Assembly: GCA_963804165.1 (NCBI GenBank)
Contig: CAWDPO010000038.1
Span: forward strand, 1-64,000
DNA: 64,000 nt
Origin: an uncultured delta proteobacterium
GTDB taxonomy: Bacteria > Desulfobacterota > Binatia > UBA9968
Direction of reading: 5' to 3'
In this document: piece by piece, positions 41,069 through 51,604 of the stretch
Layout: each line of letters opens with the position of its first letter
Numbering within the stretch: position 1 is the stretch's first letter
Notes under the pieces: model-generated
Databases searched by the model: none
What the model saw: the letters and a program-made list of their open reading frames with translations, nothing else
Told to the model about the DNA's origin: nothing
Translations under genes and position numbers: made by a program

Positions 41069-41812
41069 TCATGACGGATAGGGGTCTTCCAGCGCGTTCT
41101 GTTCCATGAGGGCATGCAGGTCGACCATTGTGTAGGCGCAATATTTGGGATCGTAGCCGAGCTTTTTGGCGGTTTTGCCTTGCTCGATGATACGCTGCAG
41201 GATCATGCGATTGAGCGGGCCGTGGCCCATGCGGTCTTCATGCTGCACCAAATCGGCTTCGGCATGGGCGGTGAAGTAAATCGCTTTTTGCTTGCTCATG
41301 CCATAATGATTGACGAGTGCTTCGCCCCATTGCTTCGCCCAATGGCCGAGAGTTTCTTCGTAAACATGCGCTCCCCAGAGCTCAATGATGGATCCATCTT
41401 GAAAAACCCGCCGGCAATAGTCGCTGATCGCCCGGCCGGGGGCGGAAGCGGGTTGCTCGAAGAGTTCTTCTTTGGAAAGGCCCAGCGCATTCGCCGTCTC
41501 GAGCAAAATTAAAATGTGACCGGGCGGCTTTGGCGCGATCAACTCTTCGGCAATCTTGTCGGAAAACGCCGGTAATAAATCATAATTATCGACGAAGAAG
41601 GGCAGATGAACATAATAGGAGACCGCGTTGAGCGCCACGACTTCGATGGAAAACAGGCCCCAGTCCTTGAAGAAACGGCGCACGCAGGGCAGCGGCAACG
41701 TGCCGGCGCGCAATTGCGTCATAAAGGCGCCGTGATTGATCTTTTTATTCCAGTGCGCGTAGACGTCTCGGTATAGATTATCGACGAATGCTTTGGCGTC
41801 GGCTGATTCCAT
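41069..41812 (-). CDS. Heme-oxygenase-like (PqqC/CADD/TenA) iron-containing redox enzyme
   Basis: EE...PPGH, YEE and YFTAHAEADLVQH metal-ligand pattern. Start MESADAK is inferred. Confidence 0.7.
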   Translation of the reverse strand: MESADAKAFVDNLYRDVYAHWNKKINHGAFMTQLRAGTLPLPCVRRFFKDWGLFSIEVVALNAVSYYVHLPFFVDNYDLLPAFSDKIAEELIAPKPPGHILILLETANALGLSKEELFEQPASAPGRAISDYCRRVFQDGSIIELWGAHVYEETLGHWAKQWGEALVNHYGMSKQKAIYFTAHAEADLVQHEDRMGHGPLNRMILQRIIEQGKTAKKLGYDPKYCAYTMVDLHALMEQNALEDPYPS

Positions 41813-41951
41813 TGAGTGCTTCGTTTTCGTGGAGTTGCTCGCGGCTGGATCGCTTTTCTCAGCTTTTACGCGGAGTGATTTTCCTGTATTGTTAATACCT
41901 AAAATAATCTTGGTGTCAATCATATGGCATTTGGCGTCAGCGGAGGAACCG

Positions 41952-42609
41952 ATGGATGCTCTGAAACCGGATGAATTTTTGAACCGATTGATCGCGACTC
42001 GAGAGGCGTTCTGGGAACAAATGAACGCCGAGCGCAGGAGCTACGGCGCCGAAAAGCCCCTGAGCTCGGCCGTGGTCTTGCGTCGCTTGCAGTTCGGCGT
42101 CGTCATGGAGCGCAAGGCTGCTGAGGTCACCGCGCCGTGGGTCGGCAAAATCCCCGATATCGACCTGCAACAGCCGATGTCGGAATACGTGGTTAACGAG
42201 CTTAAACACGCTTCGATCTTACGCAAGAGGATCAGTGAGCTTAATGGCGATCCCGACATGTTGTGGAATCATCCATTGAAGGAACTCAAGGAGCTTTGGG
42301 ATTTTCACGCATCGCTTGGGATCGCTGTGCGAGCTGATCGCCAGCGTTCAGTTCGGCCATGAAGAGTTCTTCCCGAGAACCTCGAAATCATTCATCGAGC
42401 GGGTCACGCCCGTCGATCCGCAGACCGCTGCGATTTATCGCGATACCCTGCTCGCCGATGAAGAGGGTCATGAGTGGATCGCTCCGGAAATACTTACGCG
42501 CTACGCCAACGATATGGCGACGCAGCAAAAATGTTTGGACGCCTTGAAAAAAGGTTGCGAGCTGTTTGGCAAGGCAATTCAGAGCTTTAATCAGAGTCTG
42601 CCAGCGTAG
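41952..42609 (+). pseudogene. Ferritin-like diiron protein, one frameshift near 42316
   Basis: E...NELKH in ORF 41793..42362, and HEE...DEEGH in ORF 42316..42609. Confidence 0.6.
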
Positions 42610-42694
42610 AATTTGGGCGTGGAGTCCGGCAGTTCTGGGCTATTGGATTGCAGCGGGTGAAGCTGAGGATGTCTAGCAGCGCGCGATCGGCGCC

Positions 42695-42877
42695 TCAGTG
42701 CTTTGGCTCGATCCTTTTCCCGTAAGTCACCTCGCCCTTGTCGATGCGGATGGAGAATCCACAGTCTGGGTTGGTGCACGCCCACGCCTTATACATCACT
42801 GATGCTCCCTCCTGACCGTAATCCGATAGAGGAATCAACAGGCCATTGTTGCATTTCTGGCATTTCGGCAGGTCCAT
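42695..42877 (-). CDS. Small zinc-ribbon protein
   Basis: 60 aa with CQKC...CTNPDC and a good RBS (AGGAG). Confidence 0.75.
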   Translation of the reverse strand: MDLPKCQKCNNGLLIPLSDYGQEGASVMYKAWACTNPDCGFSIRIDKGEVTYGKRIEPKH

Positions 42878-42988
42878 CTCCGCTCCTCCTTACCGCTTGG
42901 TCACCCAAGAGCGGCACCAAGCACCATATAAATTTTAGTCGAGCGGGTGGGCTAAATCAAGCAAGCATTTCAAACGTATTCGATAAAT

Positions 42989-43027
42989 AAAAAGGGATAA
43001 CCGAGTTGGGCCGGTCACCCCTTTTTT
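42989..43027. terminator. Intrinsic terminator (A- and T-tracts on both sides)
   Basis: aaaaagggataaccg...ccggtcacccctttttt, downstream of the amidohydrolase. Confidence 0.55.
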
Positions 43028-43083
43028 GCGCAGGAGGTCAGGGAGGACTACTGAGCTTGTTTTTCAATCAGAGCGCCAATCGG

Positions 43084-44178
43084 CTAGAGCCCGTAAAATT
43101 TTCGTGCGTTTTCATCGAGTAGCTTCCTTCGCGCAGTGGCCGGAAGGTCATCGCGATCGCGCAAGAATTTCGCAGTTCCTTCGGTGCGATCGGCGTGCGG
43201 GTAGTCGGAAGAGAAAATGAACAAATCTTCGCCGACCTCCTCGACCACTCGGCCGAGGAAAGACTCATTGCCTTCACAACCGAAGAAAATACGGCCCGAT
43301 TTAAGATAATCGCTTGGCGGATGGCTGAGTAAATCCTTGGCGCCGTAGCGCGGGTTTTCAAAGTGATCGTCCATGCGCTCGACATGCGCGGGCACCCAAC
43401 TGATACCGCCTTCGAGAAAAGCAAATCTGAGATTCTCATAACGGTCCAGCAATCCCGAGCACAGGACGCTCGTCAGGCCGGCCATGATTGGCAGGATGCC
43501 GGCCAATACACGGTTTGGAAAGTGGTGCTCGAAAAGTTTATCGACGACCGGAAACTGCAGGCTGAAATGAACCGCGATGGGCATCTTCAAACGGTCAGCG
43601 GCGGCAAAGAAAACTTCATGATCAGGATGGTCGAGGCGCTTGGCGCCGACCGTGCCATTGATCATAACCGCGTTAACCCCCAGTTCACGCAACCGCGTAA
43701 GTTCCGTAGCGGCCCCCTGGGCATCTTGCAGCGATACCACGCCTACGGCCTTGAGCCGGTCCGGCGCACGATTACAAGCTTCGGCCAGCCAGGTGTTGTA
43801 AGCGCGACATACTCCCATCGCCAGGATGCCGTCGAGCCAAGCATTGACGTGCAAAAGAAAGCTCGGGTAAATGAACTGCAGGTCGATACCCTCTCTGTCG
43901 AGGTCTTCCAAGCGCTCTTTTACATTCGTTAACGTCTGACTTCCCGATGAAGCACGCCGCGCGGATTGCAGCGCTTGGCCCGGAGGAGCGGCTGTGCCTG
44001 GGGCTCCGGCGCCCTTGATCGAGGGTCTTTTGTAGGGCGTCTGCCCATCGACGACCCAAAAGTTATGGCCCTGGTCGTCCTTTAGCAATCTCGGCCGGTA
44101 GTTTCTGAGCGACGGCTCCATATGATTCTCAAACATTTCTTCGGTCTCAAAAAAGTGCCCGTCACCGTCGATAATCAT
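43084..44178 (-). CDS. Amidohydrolase_2 family protein
   Basis: IIDGDGH, IAVH, FLEGG..W, FSSDYPH. Confidence 0.9.
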   Translation of the reverse strand: MIIDGDGHFFETEEMFENHMEPSLRNYRPRLLKDDQGHNFWVVDGQTPYKRPSIKGAGAPGTAAPPGQALQSARRASSGSQTLTNVKERLEDLDREGIDLQFIYPSFLLHVNAWLDGILAMGVCRAYNTWLAEACNRAPDRLKAVGVVSLQDAQGAATELTRLRELGVNAVMINGTVGAKRLDHPDHEVFFAAADRLKMPIAVHFSLQFPVVDKLFEHHFPNRVLAGILPIMAGLTSVLCSGLLDRYENLRFAFLEGGISWVPAHVERMDDHFENPRYGAKDLLSHPPSDYLKSGRIFFGCEGNESFLGRVVEEVGEDLFIFSSDYPHADRTEGTAKFLRDRDDLPATARRKLLDENARKFYGL

Positions 44179-44292
44179 AGCTCAATCCTTTTTGCCAAAA
44201 TTACTGTTCGATTGGATGTGAAAATAAATGTATCGACATATATTTTGACGATTTCCGGTTTTGATCTTCAACCGGCTCAGCGCGCTCCCCGC

Positions 44293-45066
44293 TCATTTCG
44301 AACGCTGGGAAACGGCCTCGGGGTTCAGCCCCGTGGGACACGGATAAGCTTTGATACTGTGCTTGATCCGGTTGCGCGCCATCAGTTCGGCGTAACTCAC
44401 TCCGACCGCTTTGGTATTAACGACCGGCACGCCCAGCTGCGGCTCCAGTTCTTCGGGCGTGACGACGTAAGGATAGATTTTCCCGCCGAGCGGAATGATC
44501 GCCTCGGCGCCCTGCCGAACTAATTCTTTGCCGACCTCGAGAGTGCGCTCGACGACGACGTCATGGTAGCCCGAAAGATCGCCGGTGTCGTACAGACCCA
44601 CCGTGCGAATGCCGCTGACAAACGGCGTCATGCCGTAAGTCTGGACGATTCTCATGGTGTGGGGCATGTGGGTTTCGAGCGGGACGATGAGACCGAAGCG
44701 GTCGCAAATACACGCCGCGAAATGCAGCGACGCGCGCAGTAAACCGATCACGGGAATGCGCACGGCTAACCGGCTCGCTTCGACGCCAGGGTCGAAGGTG
44801 TTGCTCTGGATTACGGCGTCAAATCCTTGTTGTTCGGCTTCGATAGCTTTTTTCACCAACGCCGGTGTTTCGAGGATATGATGCAATCCCGACAACGCCT
44901 TCCGTTCTTCGAGCAGGCTCAACACTGCGCCGCCGCCAAGGTCCTCCGGATAGGCCAACTCGAAGGTCGTGTCCGGCGAAGCATAGCTCTTGAGCAGCTT
45001 AACGATATGGCTTTCGAGTTCGGCCGAGTGGCGCTTGTAGGAATGGTTTAAAAACATGAAGCGCAT
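44293..45066 (-). CDS. Asp/Glu/hydantoin racemase-family protein
   Basis: AEQQGFDAVI...DPG..ASR...IPVIG and GAEAII...LGVPVV. Confidence 0.8.
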   Translation of the reverse strand: MRFMFLNHSYKRHSAELESHIVKLLKSYASPDTTFELAYPEDLGGGAVLSLLEERKALSGLHHILETPALVKKAIEAEQQGFDAVIQSNTFDPGVEASRLAVRIPVIGLLRASLHFAACICDRFGLIVPLETHMPHTMRIVQTYGMTPFVSGIRTVGLYDTGDLSGYHDVVVERTLEVGKELVRQGAEAIIPLGGKIYPYVVTPEELEPQLGVPVVNTKAVGVSYAELMARNRIKHSIKAYPCPTGLNPEAVSQRSK

Positions 45067-45131
45067 GGTTTACCTCCTTCGGGGATTCAACAATAAGGCA
45101 AAAACGTCGAATACGACGTGGACTAAAAATT

Positions 45132-46166
45132 TCACTGTCGCGCACCAAAAATCGCCCGTAGTTGTTTGGCGTATTCGTCCAGTTTTTCCGCCAGCGCGGG
45201 ATTGACCGGGACAATTTTCAATCCTTTCAGCATGACTGCTTGTTCATTGGCAAGGTCGCCGCGCGCGACCAGCCGCCCTGGAGTCTGCATCAGCTTTTGC
45301 CCTTCGCGTGAAAGCGCAAAATCGAGAAAAACTTTGGCGGCGTTCGGATGCGGCGCTTGCGCGGCGATACCGATGCCGACCATGACCGCCGGCGCGTCGC
45401 CCAGCGCTGTCCAATCGATCGGCGCGCCCCGTTCCTTCATGCGCTCCACGGAAGCGGCGGGAATATTGACATCAATGACGCCTTCGCCGGCGGCGACGAG
45501 CTGAGCCAGTAGTTCATGGCCCTCGCGCGGGCTTGGCTGTTGCTTGGCGAGCTCGCGCATGTACTTCAAGCCGCGTTCCTGTCCCATGATTTGCAGCATG
45601 CCGGCAAACCACTCCGCCTTGGTTCCCTCCATCATCAACTTGCCTTTCCAGGTGGGATCGAGCAGGTCGTTATAAGTTTTCGGCAGCGAGCGCGCGGCGA
45701 CGAGTCTAGTGTTGTACCCGGTCACGTACGTATTGTAGTAAACCGTGGTCCAAAATCCCTCTTCCTTGAACTCTTTGCGATAGAACACATTGGCCTGTGG
45801 CGTGTAACGCGCCAATACGCCGCTGCGGTTGAATAGGTGCATGCTGAATTCGACGGTCTGAATGACGTCCGCAAGAGTTTTCTTTGCGCGCGCTTCGGTG
45901 AGGACTCGCGTCAGGAGCTTTTCACTGCCGGTCCTGTTGAGTTTGACCTTGATGAACGGATAGCGCTTTTCAAATTCACTGATCACGGCGTTGGCTTCGC
46001 TGAGATTCATCGACGCGTAATAGACCACTTCGCCTTCACGTTTCGCTGCGTCGATGAGGCTGTCATTGCTCGCCGCTCTGATGAAAGCCGGTGGAACCGC
46101 GGCAAAGAGCAGAGCGGCAAGCCAAAAGTCCAGTCGAATTTTTCGTCCGGCCATGCGGGAAGGCAT
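45132..46166 (-). CDS. Extracellular solute-binding protein (Fe3+/polyamine-like cluster)
   Basis: AKREGEVVYY, DLLDPTWKGK, APHPNAAKVFLDF. Confidence 0.88.
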   Translation of the reverse strand: MPSRMAGRKIRLDFWLAALLFAAVPPAFIRAASNDSLIDAAKREGEVVYYASMNLSEANAVISEFEKRYPFIKVKLNRTGSEKLLTRVLTEARAKKTLADVIQTVEFSMHLFNRSGVLARYTPQANVFYRKEFKEEGFWTTVYYNTYVTGYNTRLVAARSLPKTYNDLLDPTWKGKLMMEGTKAEWFAGMLQIMGQERGLKYMRELAKQQPSPREGHELLAQLVAAGEGVIDVNIPAASVERMKERGAPIDWTALGDAPAVMVGIGIAAQAPHPNAAKVFLDFALSREGQKLMQTPGRLVARGDLANEQAVMLKGLKIVPVNPALAEKLDEYAKQLRAIFGARQ

Positions 46167-46169
46167 CTC

Positions 46170-47096
46170 CTATTTGGTCAACGAAGCGATAAAACCGTTG
46201 TCTTCAAGTTCGCGGATGAAGCGGTCGTCGACGAATCTTGCGGCGCTGGCACCGCGCGCCTCCGGCAACTCCTTGGCCATGAAATCGAGCAAAGTTTGCA
46301 GTGCAGCGATGACCGGGTAGGGTGCGCGCGGCATGCCGGGTTGCGTCAGGTCGTAGGTTTCTGCCGCGATGGTTCGATCGGCAATGCCGCTGTAATCGGC
46401 CTGAACGTCGACGGTAAATTCACGGTCGGTGCGGTAGCGGTGCATGCCTTCGACGTAAGCTTTGACGAACTTGCGCGTGACCTCGGGATTCTTTTCGATA
46501 TAATCGCGCCGCGCGGCGATGCCGCCAAGCGCGTAGTTAAGGCCGTACTCGGCGAAATCGATCAAATATTTGCAGCCATGCCGGATCGCGTCGATGCACT
46601 CCGGTGGCGTGCCGACGACGACATCGACTTTACCGCTGAGCAGGGCTTCGAGCTCGACCTCGGCGCCAGGGGATATCGGTTCTTCGCGCAGGCCCTTGAT
46701 CCCTGCTGCGTCCAATTTTGCGATGACGAATTTAACCAGCACATCGCCAATGCCGCCGTCGCCGACCGTGCCGATTCTTTTTCCCGCCAGTTCCTGGCGG
46801 CTATTTAGACCAGAACGGCCGACGATGAACTGCTGATTAATTCCACCGGTCAAGAAGACGACATCCGCCTCGCCCTTGAGATTTGCTCGTAGCGGCGCCG
46901 GTGCCGCCATGTTGCCGAACTGAATTTCGCCGGCCATCAAGCCGCGAACAACGCCCCTCGCGCCGCCCATGATGCGCGGTCGATCGATGGCCAATCCGTA
47001 CTTAGCGAACAACCCGGCTTTCCAAGTCACCATCATCGGCCCGGCTCCTTGGCCGATCGTGGCAAAACCGGCGTTGATGGGTATGAGATCGCTCAT
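46170..47096 (-). CDS. NMT1/THI5-like ABC substrate-binding protein (no obvious signal peptide)
   Basis: AGLFAKYGL, LAGKRIG, ALLSGKVD, FVDDRFIRELE. Confidence 0.82.
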   Translation of the reverse strand: MSDLIPINAGFATIGQGAGPMMVTWKAGLFAKYGLAIDRPRIMGGARGVVRGLMAGEIQFGNMAAPAPLRANLKGEADVVFLTGGINQQFIVGRSGLNSRQELAGKRIGTVGDGGIGDVLVKFVIAKLDAAGIKGLREEPISPGAEVELEALLSGKVDVVVGTPPECIDAIRHGCKYLIDFAEYGLNYALGGIAARRDYIEKNPEVTRKFVKAYVEGMHRYRTDREFTVDVQADYSGIADRTIAAETYDLTQPGMPRAPYPVIAALQTLLDFMAKELPEARGASAARFVDDRFIRELEDNGFIASLTK

Positions 47097-47564
47097 CAAG
47101 GCTCCGATACAATCCGTATTCGCTCGGGTTAATTCGAGCAACGCAACCCCGCTCAGGGGTTTTCTATCTCCTAACACGCGATAGTGATCTCAAGTCAAGT
47201 ATGCGCGATCTATCGAAAGGCAAATTCTGTCGACGAAATTTGCGAAACCAAGTCGCGTTGATGTAGTTTCGTCAGTCATTTTGCCTGCAAAATCTGCCGC
47301 TGGACGGACCCAGTTTCACTTCCGTTGACAAGTTCTAAATAGAGCAGATAATTGATTTTATAATTCACGCGCGGCGCTTGGATTTCTATCAGGTGGAGCA
47401 CAACTGATCGCATCGCGCTAGGGTAGCGCGTGTGGCGCGATACCATTGCGGGGCTCAACTCGGTGTCAATTTTTTGCCGCACCGATCGCAAGCGATCAGA
47501 ACACCTGAGACAATGTTGGACAGTCGTGTAAAGAATAAGATAAGTTTGCCGATTTTTGATTTGA

Positions 47565-50500
47565 ATGAATAGGTTTTTGACCAAACCGCCGCTGCGGTTG
47601 ATCGCGGAATGGTTCGTGATCGCCGGAATCTATATTGTCAGCGGGCAGATTACTCCCCATATCTCCATCCCGCAGGGCGGTGGATCCCCCTTATGGCCGC
47701 CGTCAGCGATTGCTCTGGCGGCTGGTTTAATTGTCGGTTACCGCGCCGGTGTCGGTGTCTGGTTGGGCGCCTTTCTGCTGAACTATTTATGGATCTTTAG
47801 TCCAACTGGACCGGTGGTTGCGGCGGCGTTGGCGACCGGCTCTACCGTTCAATTGCTTGTCGCCGTGTTGCTGATTCGAAAATTTGTCCCCGACCTTTGT
47901 GTTCAAAGCCAAGCAGGCGTTGATCTGCGATCGCCGAGCACCGGACGCGACATACTTTGCTTCATTGGATTTACCGCGGTCAGTTCGCTGCTATCGCCGT
48001 CCGTTGCCGTCGTGAGCCTCAAGCACGCTGGCTTCATTGCCTGGAACGATATGGCACCCGTGTGGGCGACTTGGTGGGTGAGCGATTACGCCGGCATTCT
48101 GACGTTGACGCCGTTGTTGATGGTGATCGTTTTGACGTGGCGCCAGCGAAACGTTTTCGAACCTATTGTATTTCCGCTCACCACGGTCTGGTTGGGACTT
48201 TCGCTCGTCGTTTCCTATATCGTCTGGCAAAATAAGACCCTTGGGGCGGTCGAGCGGCTGCGCCAGGACACGCAGGCAGTTGCAGGTCGGTTCGAGAGAG
48301 GTATCGAGCGCGCTGCGGAACAGATGCAGGCGGTCGAAGGGCTTCTGGTCGCTTCCGAGAATATTAGGCGGCAGGATTTTCAAAAGTTTGTTGCGCGGCT
48401 CGGTGCTGAGGATAAATCGCGACTCGTCTTTCAATGGGCGCCCCGAATCAAGCTCGAAGAGCGAAACAAATTTGAAGGTCAGGTTCGGCAGGCTGGGATG
48501 CCGGAATTTACAATTTTCGAGAGGACCGCCCTCGGTCACCGGGTCACGGCGGAGAGCCGGCCGGAATATTATCCGATTCTCTACACAGAGCCTCAGGGCG
48601 AAGCCAAAGACGATTTGGGACTGGACCTAGGTTCGATTCCAGACGCTTTGGCGGTGCTGAGCTCGATCCGCGACAGCGGTCGCTTGACTGGTGCGCTCTC
48701 CACGCCGTGGCCGCCCAAGAAGAACCAACCACCGCAATTTTTTCTCTACAATCCGGTCTACCAGAATCAGATGGACGACGGTTCTGTGACCGCGCGCCGG
48801 GACCATTTCCTCGGTTATATTCGAACCGAAATTCCGGTAACGACTTTTCTGACGACTTCCTTAGGCGCCGGCGCGGCGCGGCAACGCGAAGTTTATCTCT
48901 TTGATGTGACGGATGAAGACGAGCCGTTGTTCCTAGCCGCTTCCGTGGCTTGGGCCGTCCCGGCGAACGAGTCTTTACCGGCGCTAAGCGCGCACAAATT
49001 GGCGCAGCTGCAAACGTCCTCGAATCAGGCTTCGCAAACCGAGCTCGGTGGACGCCAGCTCCTGTTTGTGGTGCGGCCCGGATCCGGCCAATCTTGGATC
49101 GAGGGAATGTGGGATGTCATAGGGATCATGTTAATCGGCGGGCTGATCACCGCAGCGCTCATCGTTTATTTGAGAATGCGCGATCGCGCGTTGGGACAGA
49201 TGCAAAATGCGGAAAAGCATTATCGTGAGCTTTTTGATTCTGCGCCGGCGATGTACGTGATCACACGGGATGAAAAAGGCGTGCCGATCATTTCCGACTG
49301 TAATGCCCTATTCTTGAAGACGCTCAAGTACGAGCGCAAGGACGTGATCGGCCATTCGCTCGCCGAGTTTCACTCCCCCGAATCGCGGCTAAGATTGCTG
49401 AGCGAGGGTGGTTATCGCGGCGCCATGGCAGGCAGAATCGTCTCGGGTGAACGCGAACTTGTCAGGAGCGACGGACGGATCATACCGGTGTTGTTGCGCG
49501 GCGACCCGATCGCCGATGACGACGGCGCAGTCGTTGGCACGCGTGCCATGTATGTGGACAATCGCGAGCAGAAATCAGCCGAAGAACAGATGCGCTTGGT
49601 CGTCGAATCGGCGCCGAATGGCATGCTCATGATCGACTCGAAAGGGACCATCACATTAGTCAATACAAAAATCGAGCAACTGTTCGGTTATCGCCGGCAG
49701 GATCTGCTCGGCAAGTCCATCGAAATGTTGATTCCTCAACGCTTTCGCGGGTTCCTTCAGCAACTGCGCGAAGAATACTTCAGCGATCCCGATGCTCGCA
49801 CCGTGGGCCGCGGAGAGGAGATTCTCGCCCTGCGGATGGACGGCAGCGAATTTCCAGTCGAGATCGGCTTGAATCCGATCAATTCGTCCGGCGGGTTGCA
49901 AGTACTGGCCTCTGTCTTGGACATCAGCGAGCGCAAATTGGTGGAAGAGGAAATCCGCGCGCTTAACGTTACCCTCGAACGTCGGGTGAAGGAGCGGACC
50001 GAGGAAATTCAAGCGTTGAACGCTACTTTGGAACAGCGCGTTATTGAACGGACAAAAGAGCTTGAGACGGAAAACTCCCAGCGCCGATCCATCGAGAGCG
50101 AACTCCAACACGCCCATGACGAACTCCAGCGTTCGGTGCTGGAATTGGAACGCCACAACCAGGAGATGCGCCTCGTCGGCGAGATGGTCGAGCTGCTTGA
50201 GTCCTGCCGCAGCGTCGACGAAGCCTACGAAATCATCAGTCGGCGTCTCCCCCTCTTGCTGCACAGCACGAGCGGCGCTCTCTATATGATGAGGGCGTCG
50301 CGCAATTTCCTCGATTACGTGGGTTGCTGGGGTGGACCCACCGGCGATTTTGAAAAGACCGTCGATCCCGAAGACTGTTGGGCATTGCGGCGCAACAAGC
50401 CGCATGGAATGGAATCCGAGGCGTCCGATCTCATTTGCAAACATGTCGAGGATGCCGGGGGTCCGCCCCATCCGTATCTGTGCTTGCCCATGGTTGCCCA

Positions 50501-51191
50501 CGGCGAAATCATGGGATTACTCCACATTCGTTACACCGATGATAACGAAGTCGGAAGAAGCATCATCGCCAACTCTGCGAAGGGGATATCGGAACAACTG
50601 TCCCTGATATTGGCAAATTTGCGCTTGAGGGAAACCCTCAAGAACCAAAGCATCCGCGACCCGCAAACGGGCTTGTTCAACCGCCGCTATATGGAAGATT
50701 CATTGGATCGCGAATTGAACCGTGCCGAGCGTTCGGGAAAACCCCTGGTGGTGGCGATGCTGGACCTTGATCATTTCAAAAATCTCAATGACAGATTTGG
50801 CCACACCGCCGGCGATGCCGTGTTGCAGGAATGGAGCAATATTCTAAAATCCAAATTCCGTGGCAGCGATATTGTCTGTCGATACGGCGGTGAAGAATTC
50901 GTCATTATCTTGCCCGAGATCGCCCCCGACGCCGCGCACCAGCGTTTGGAGCAGCTCCGCGAAGACCTGCAACGGATGATCGTGCGCCAGGACGGCCAAT
51001 CGATTGAAAGCGTAACTGTGTCGATCGGCATCGCGTACTACCCGGTCCATGGTCGCACGATGCTTGATTTATTGCATTCAGCGGACCAAGCGCTCTATCG
51101 CGCCAAGGAAATGGGACGCAATTGCGCTGTGATGGCCGCTGAACAGCCACAAGAAGAAGCCCGCTCGGATTGGTCCTTACGGACTTCTTGA
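47565..51191 (+). CDS. Membrane diguanylate cyclase (MASE1-CHASE-PAS-PAS-GAF-GGDEF)
   Basis: N-terminal TMs with LWPPS, RPEYYPILYTEP (CHASE), two PAS domains, CWALRR GAF, RGSD I-site and GGEEF. Confidence 0.9.
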   Translation: MNRFLTKPPLRLIAEWFVIAGIYIVSGQITPHISIPQGGGSPLWPPSAIALAAGLIVGYRAGVGVWLGAFLLNYLWIFSPTGPVVAAALATGSTVQLLVAVLLIRKFVPDLCVQSQAGVDLRSPSTGRDILCFIGFTAVSSLLSPSVAVVSLKHAGFIAWNDMAPVWATWWVSDYAGILTLTPLLMVIVLTWRQRNVFEPIVFPLTTVWLGLSLVVSYIVWQNKTLGAVERLRQDTQAVAGRFERGIERAAEQMQAVEGLLVASENIRRQDFQKFVARLGAEDKSRLVFQWAPRIKLEERNKFEGQVRQAGMPEFTIFERTALGHRVTAESRPEYYPILYTEPQGEAKDDLGLDLGSIPDALAVLSSIRDSGRLTGALSTPWPPKKNQPPQFFLYNPVYQNQMDDGSVTARRDHFLGYIRTEIPVTTFLTTSLGAGAARQREVYLFDVTDEDEPLFLAASVAWAVPANESLPALSAHKLAQLQTSSNQASQTELGGRQLLFVVRPGSGQSWIEGMWDVIGIMLIGGLITAALIVYLRMRDRALGQMQNAEKHYRELFDSAPAMYVITRDEKGVPIISDCNALFLKTLKYERKDVIGHSLAEFHSPESRLRLLSEGGYRGAMAGRIVSGERELVRSDGRIIPVLLRGDPIADDDGAVVGTRAMYVDNREQKSAEEQMRLVVESAPNGMLMIDSKGTITLVNTKIEQLFGYRRQDLLGKSIEMLIPQRFRGFLQQLREEYFSDPDARTVGRGEEILALRMDGSEFPVEIGLNPINSSGGLQVLASVLDISERKLVEEEIRALNVTLERRVKERTEEIQALNATLEQRVIERTKELETENSQRRSIESELQHAHDELQRSVLELERHNQEMRLVGEMVELLESCRSVDEAYEIISRRLPLLLHSTSGALYMMRASRNFLDYVGCWGGPTGDFEKTVDPEDCWALRRNKPHGMESEASDLICKHVEDAGGPPHPYLCLPMVAHGEIMGLLHIRYTDDNEVGRSIIANSAKGISEQLSLILANLRLRETLKNQSIRDPQTGLFNRRYMEDSLDRELNRAERSGKPLVVAMLDLDHFKNLNDRFGHTAGDAVLQEWSNILKSKFRGSDIVCRYGGEEFVIILPEIAPDAAHQRLEQLREDLQRMIVRQDGQSIESVTVSIGIAYYPVHGRTMLDLLHSADQALYRAKEMGRNCAVMAAEQPQEEARSDWSLRTS

Positions 51192-51604
51192 AAATCGTCA
51201 TAAGAAGATTTTTGACGAAAGCACGCTCGGACAAATACCCGACCGAGCGCAATCCTCTCAATCCCGGTGCAGCCTTGAGGAGTTTTGACCGCGGGTTGAT
51301 CACCGTTTGTGAGTTCGGACGGTTGCTGTAATGCCGGCACGGGTCGCCTGATTCGCCTGACGGGCCATTGAGATATTGTTTTCTTACATTCCGAGAATCT
51401 GATCACGTAAGCTTTCAAAAAAAGCGTCCAGTGTTGATTTTGACGCGCGTCGCGAAAATCTCGTTGACACCTATTCCCGCTCCACGTATATTGAAATTCC
51501 GTGATGCGCTTTCCCCAAAAGCCATTGCGGTTTTTTATTTTTCGGCAAGACCGCGAGCTTGAACGATCGTTTCGTCGTCGTCGCACCTCTGAATTCAACA
51601 CCCG

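Noticed and set aside
47210-47260. Possible c-di-GMP-I riboswitch upstream of the diguanylate cyclase (AAAGGCAAA...)
   Set aside because: Only a GCAAATT/AATTTGC hairpin is present. The GNRA/receptor and ACGCAAAG elements are not recognisable.
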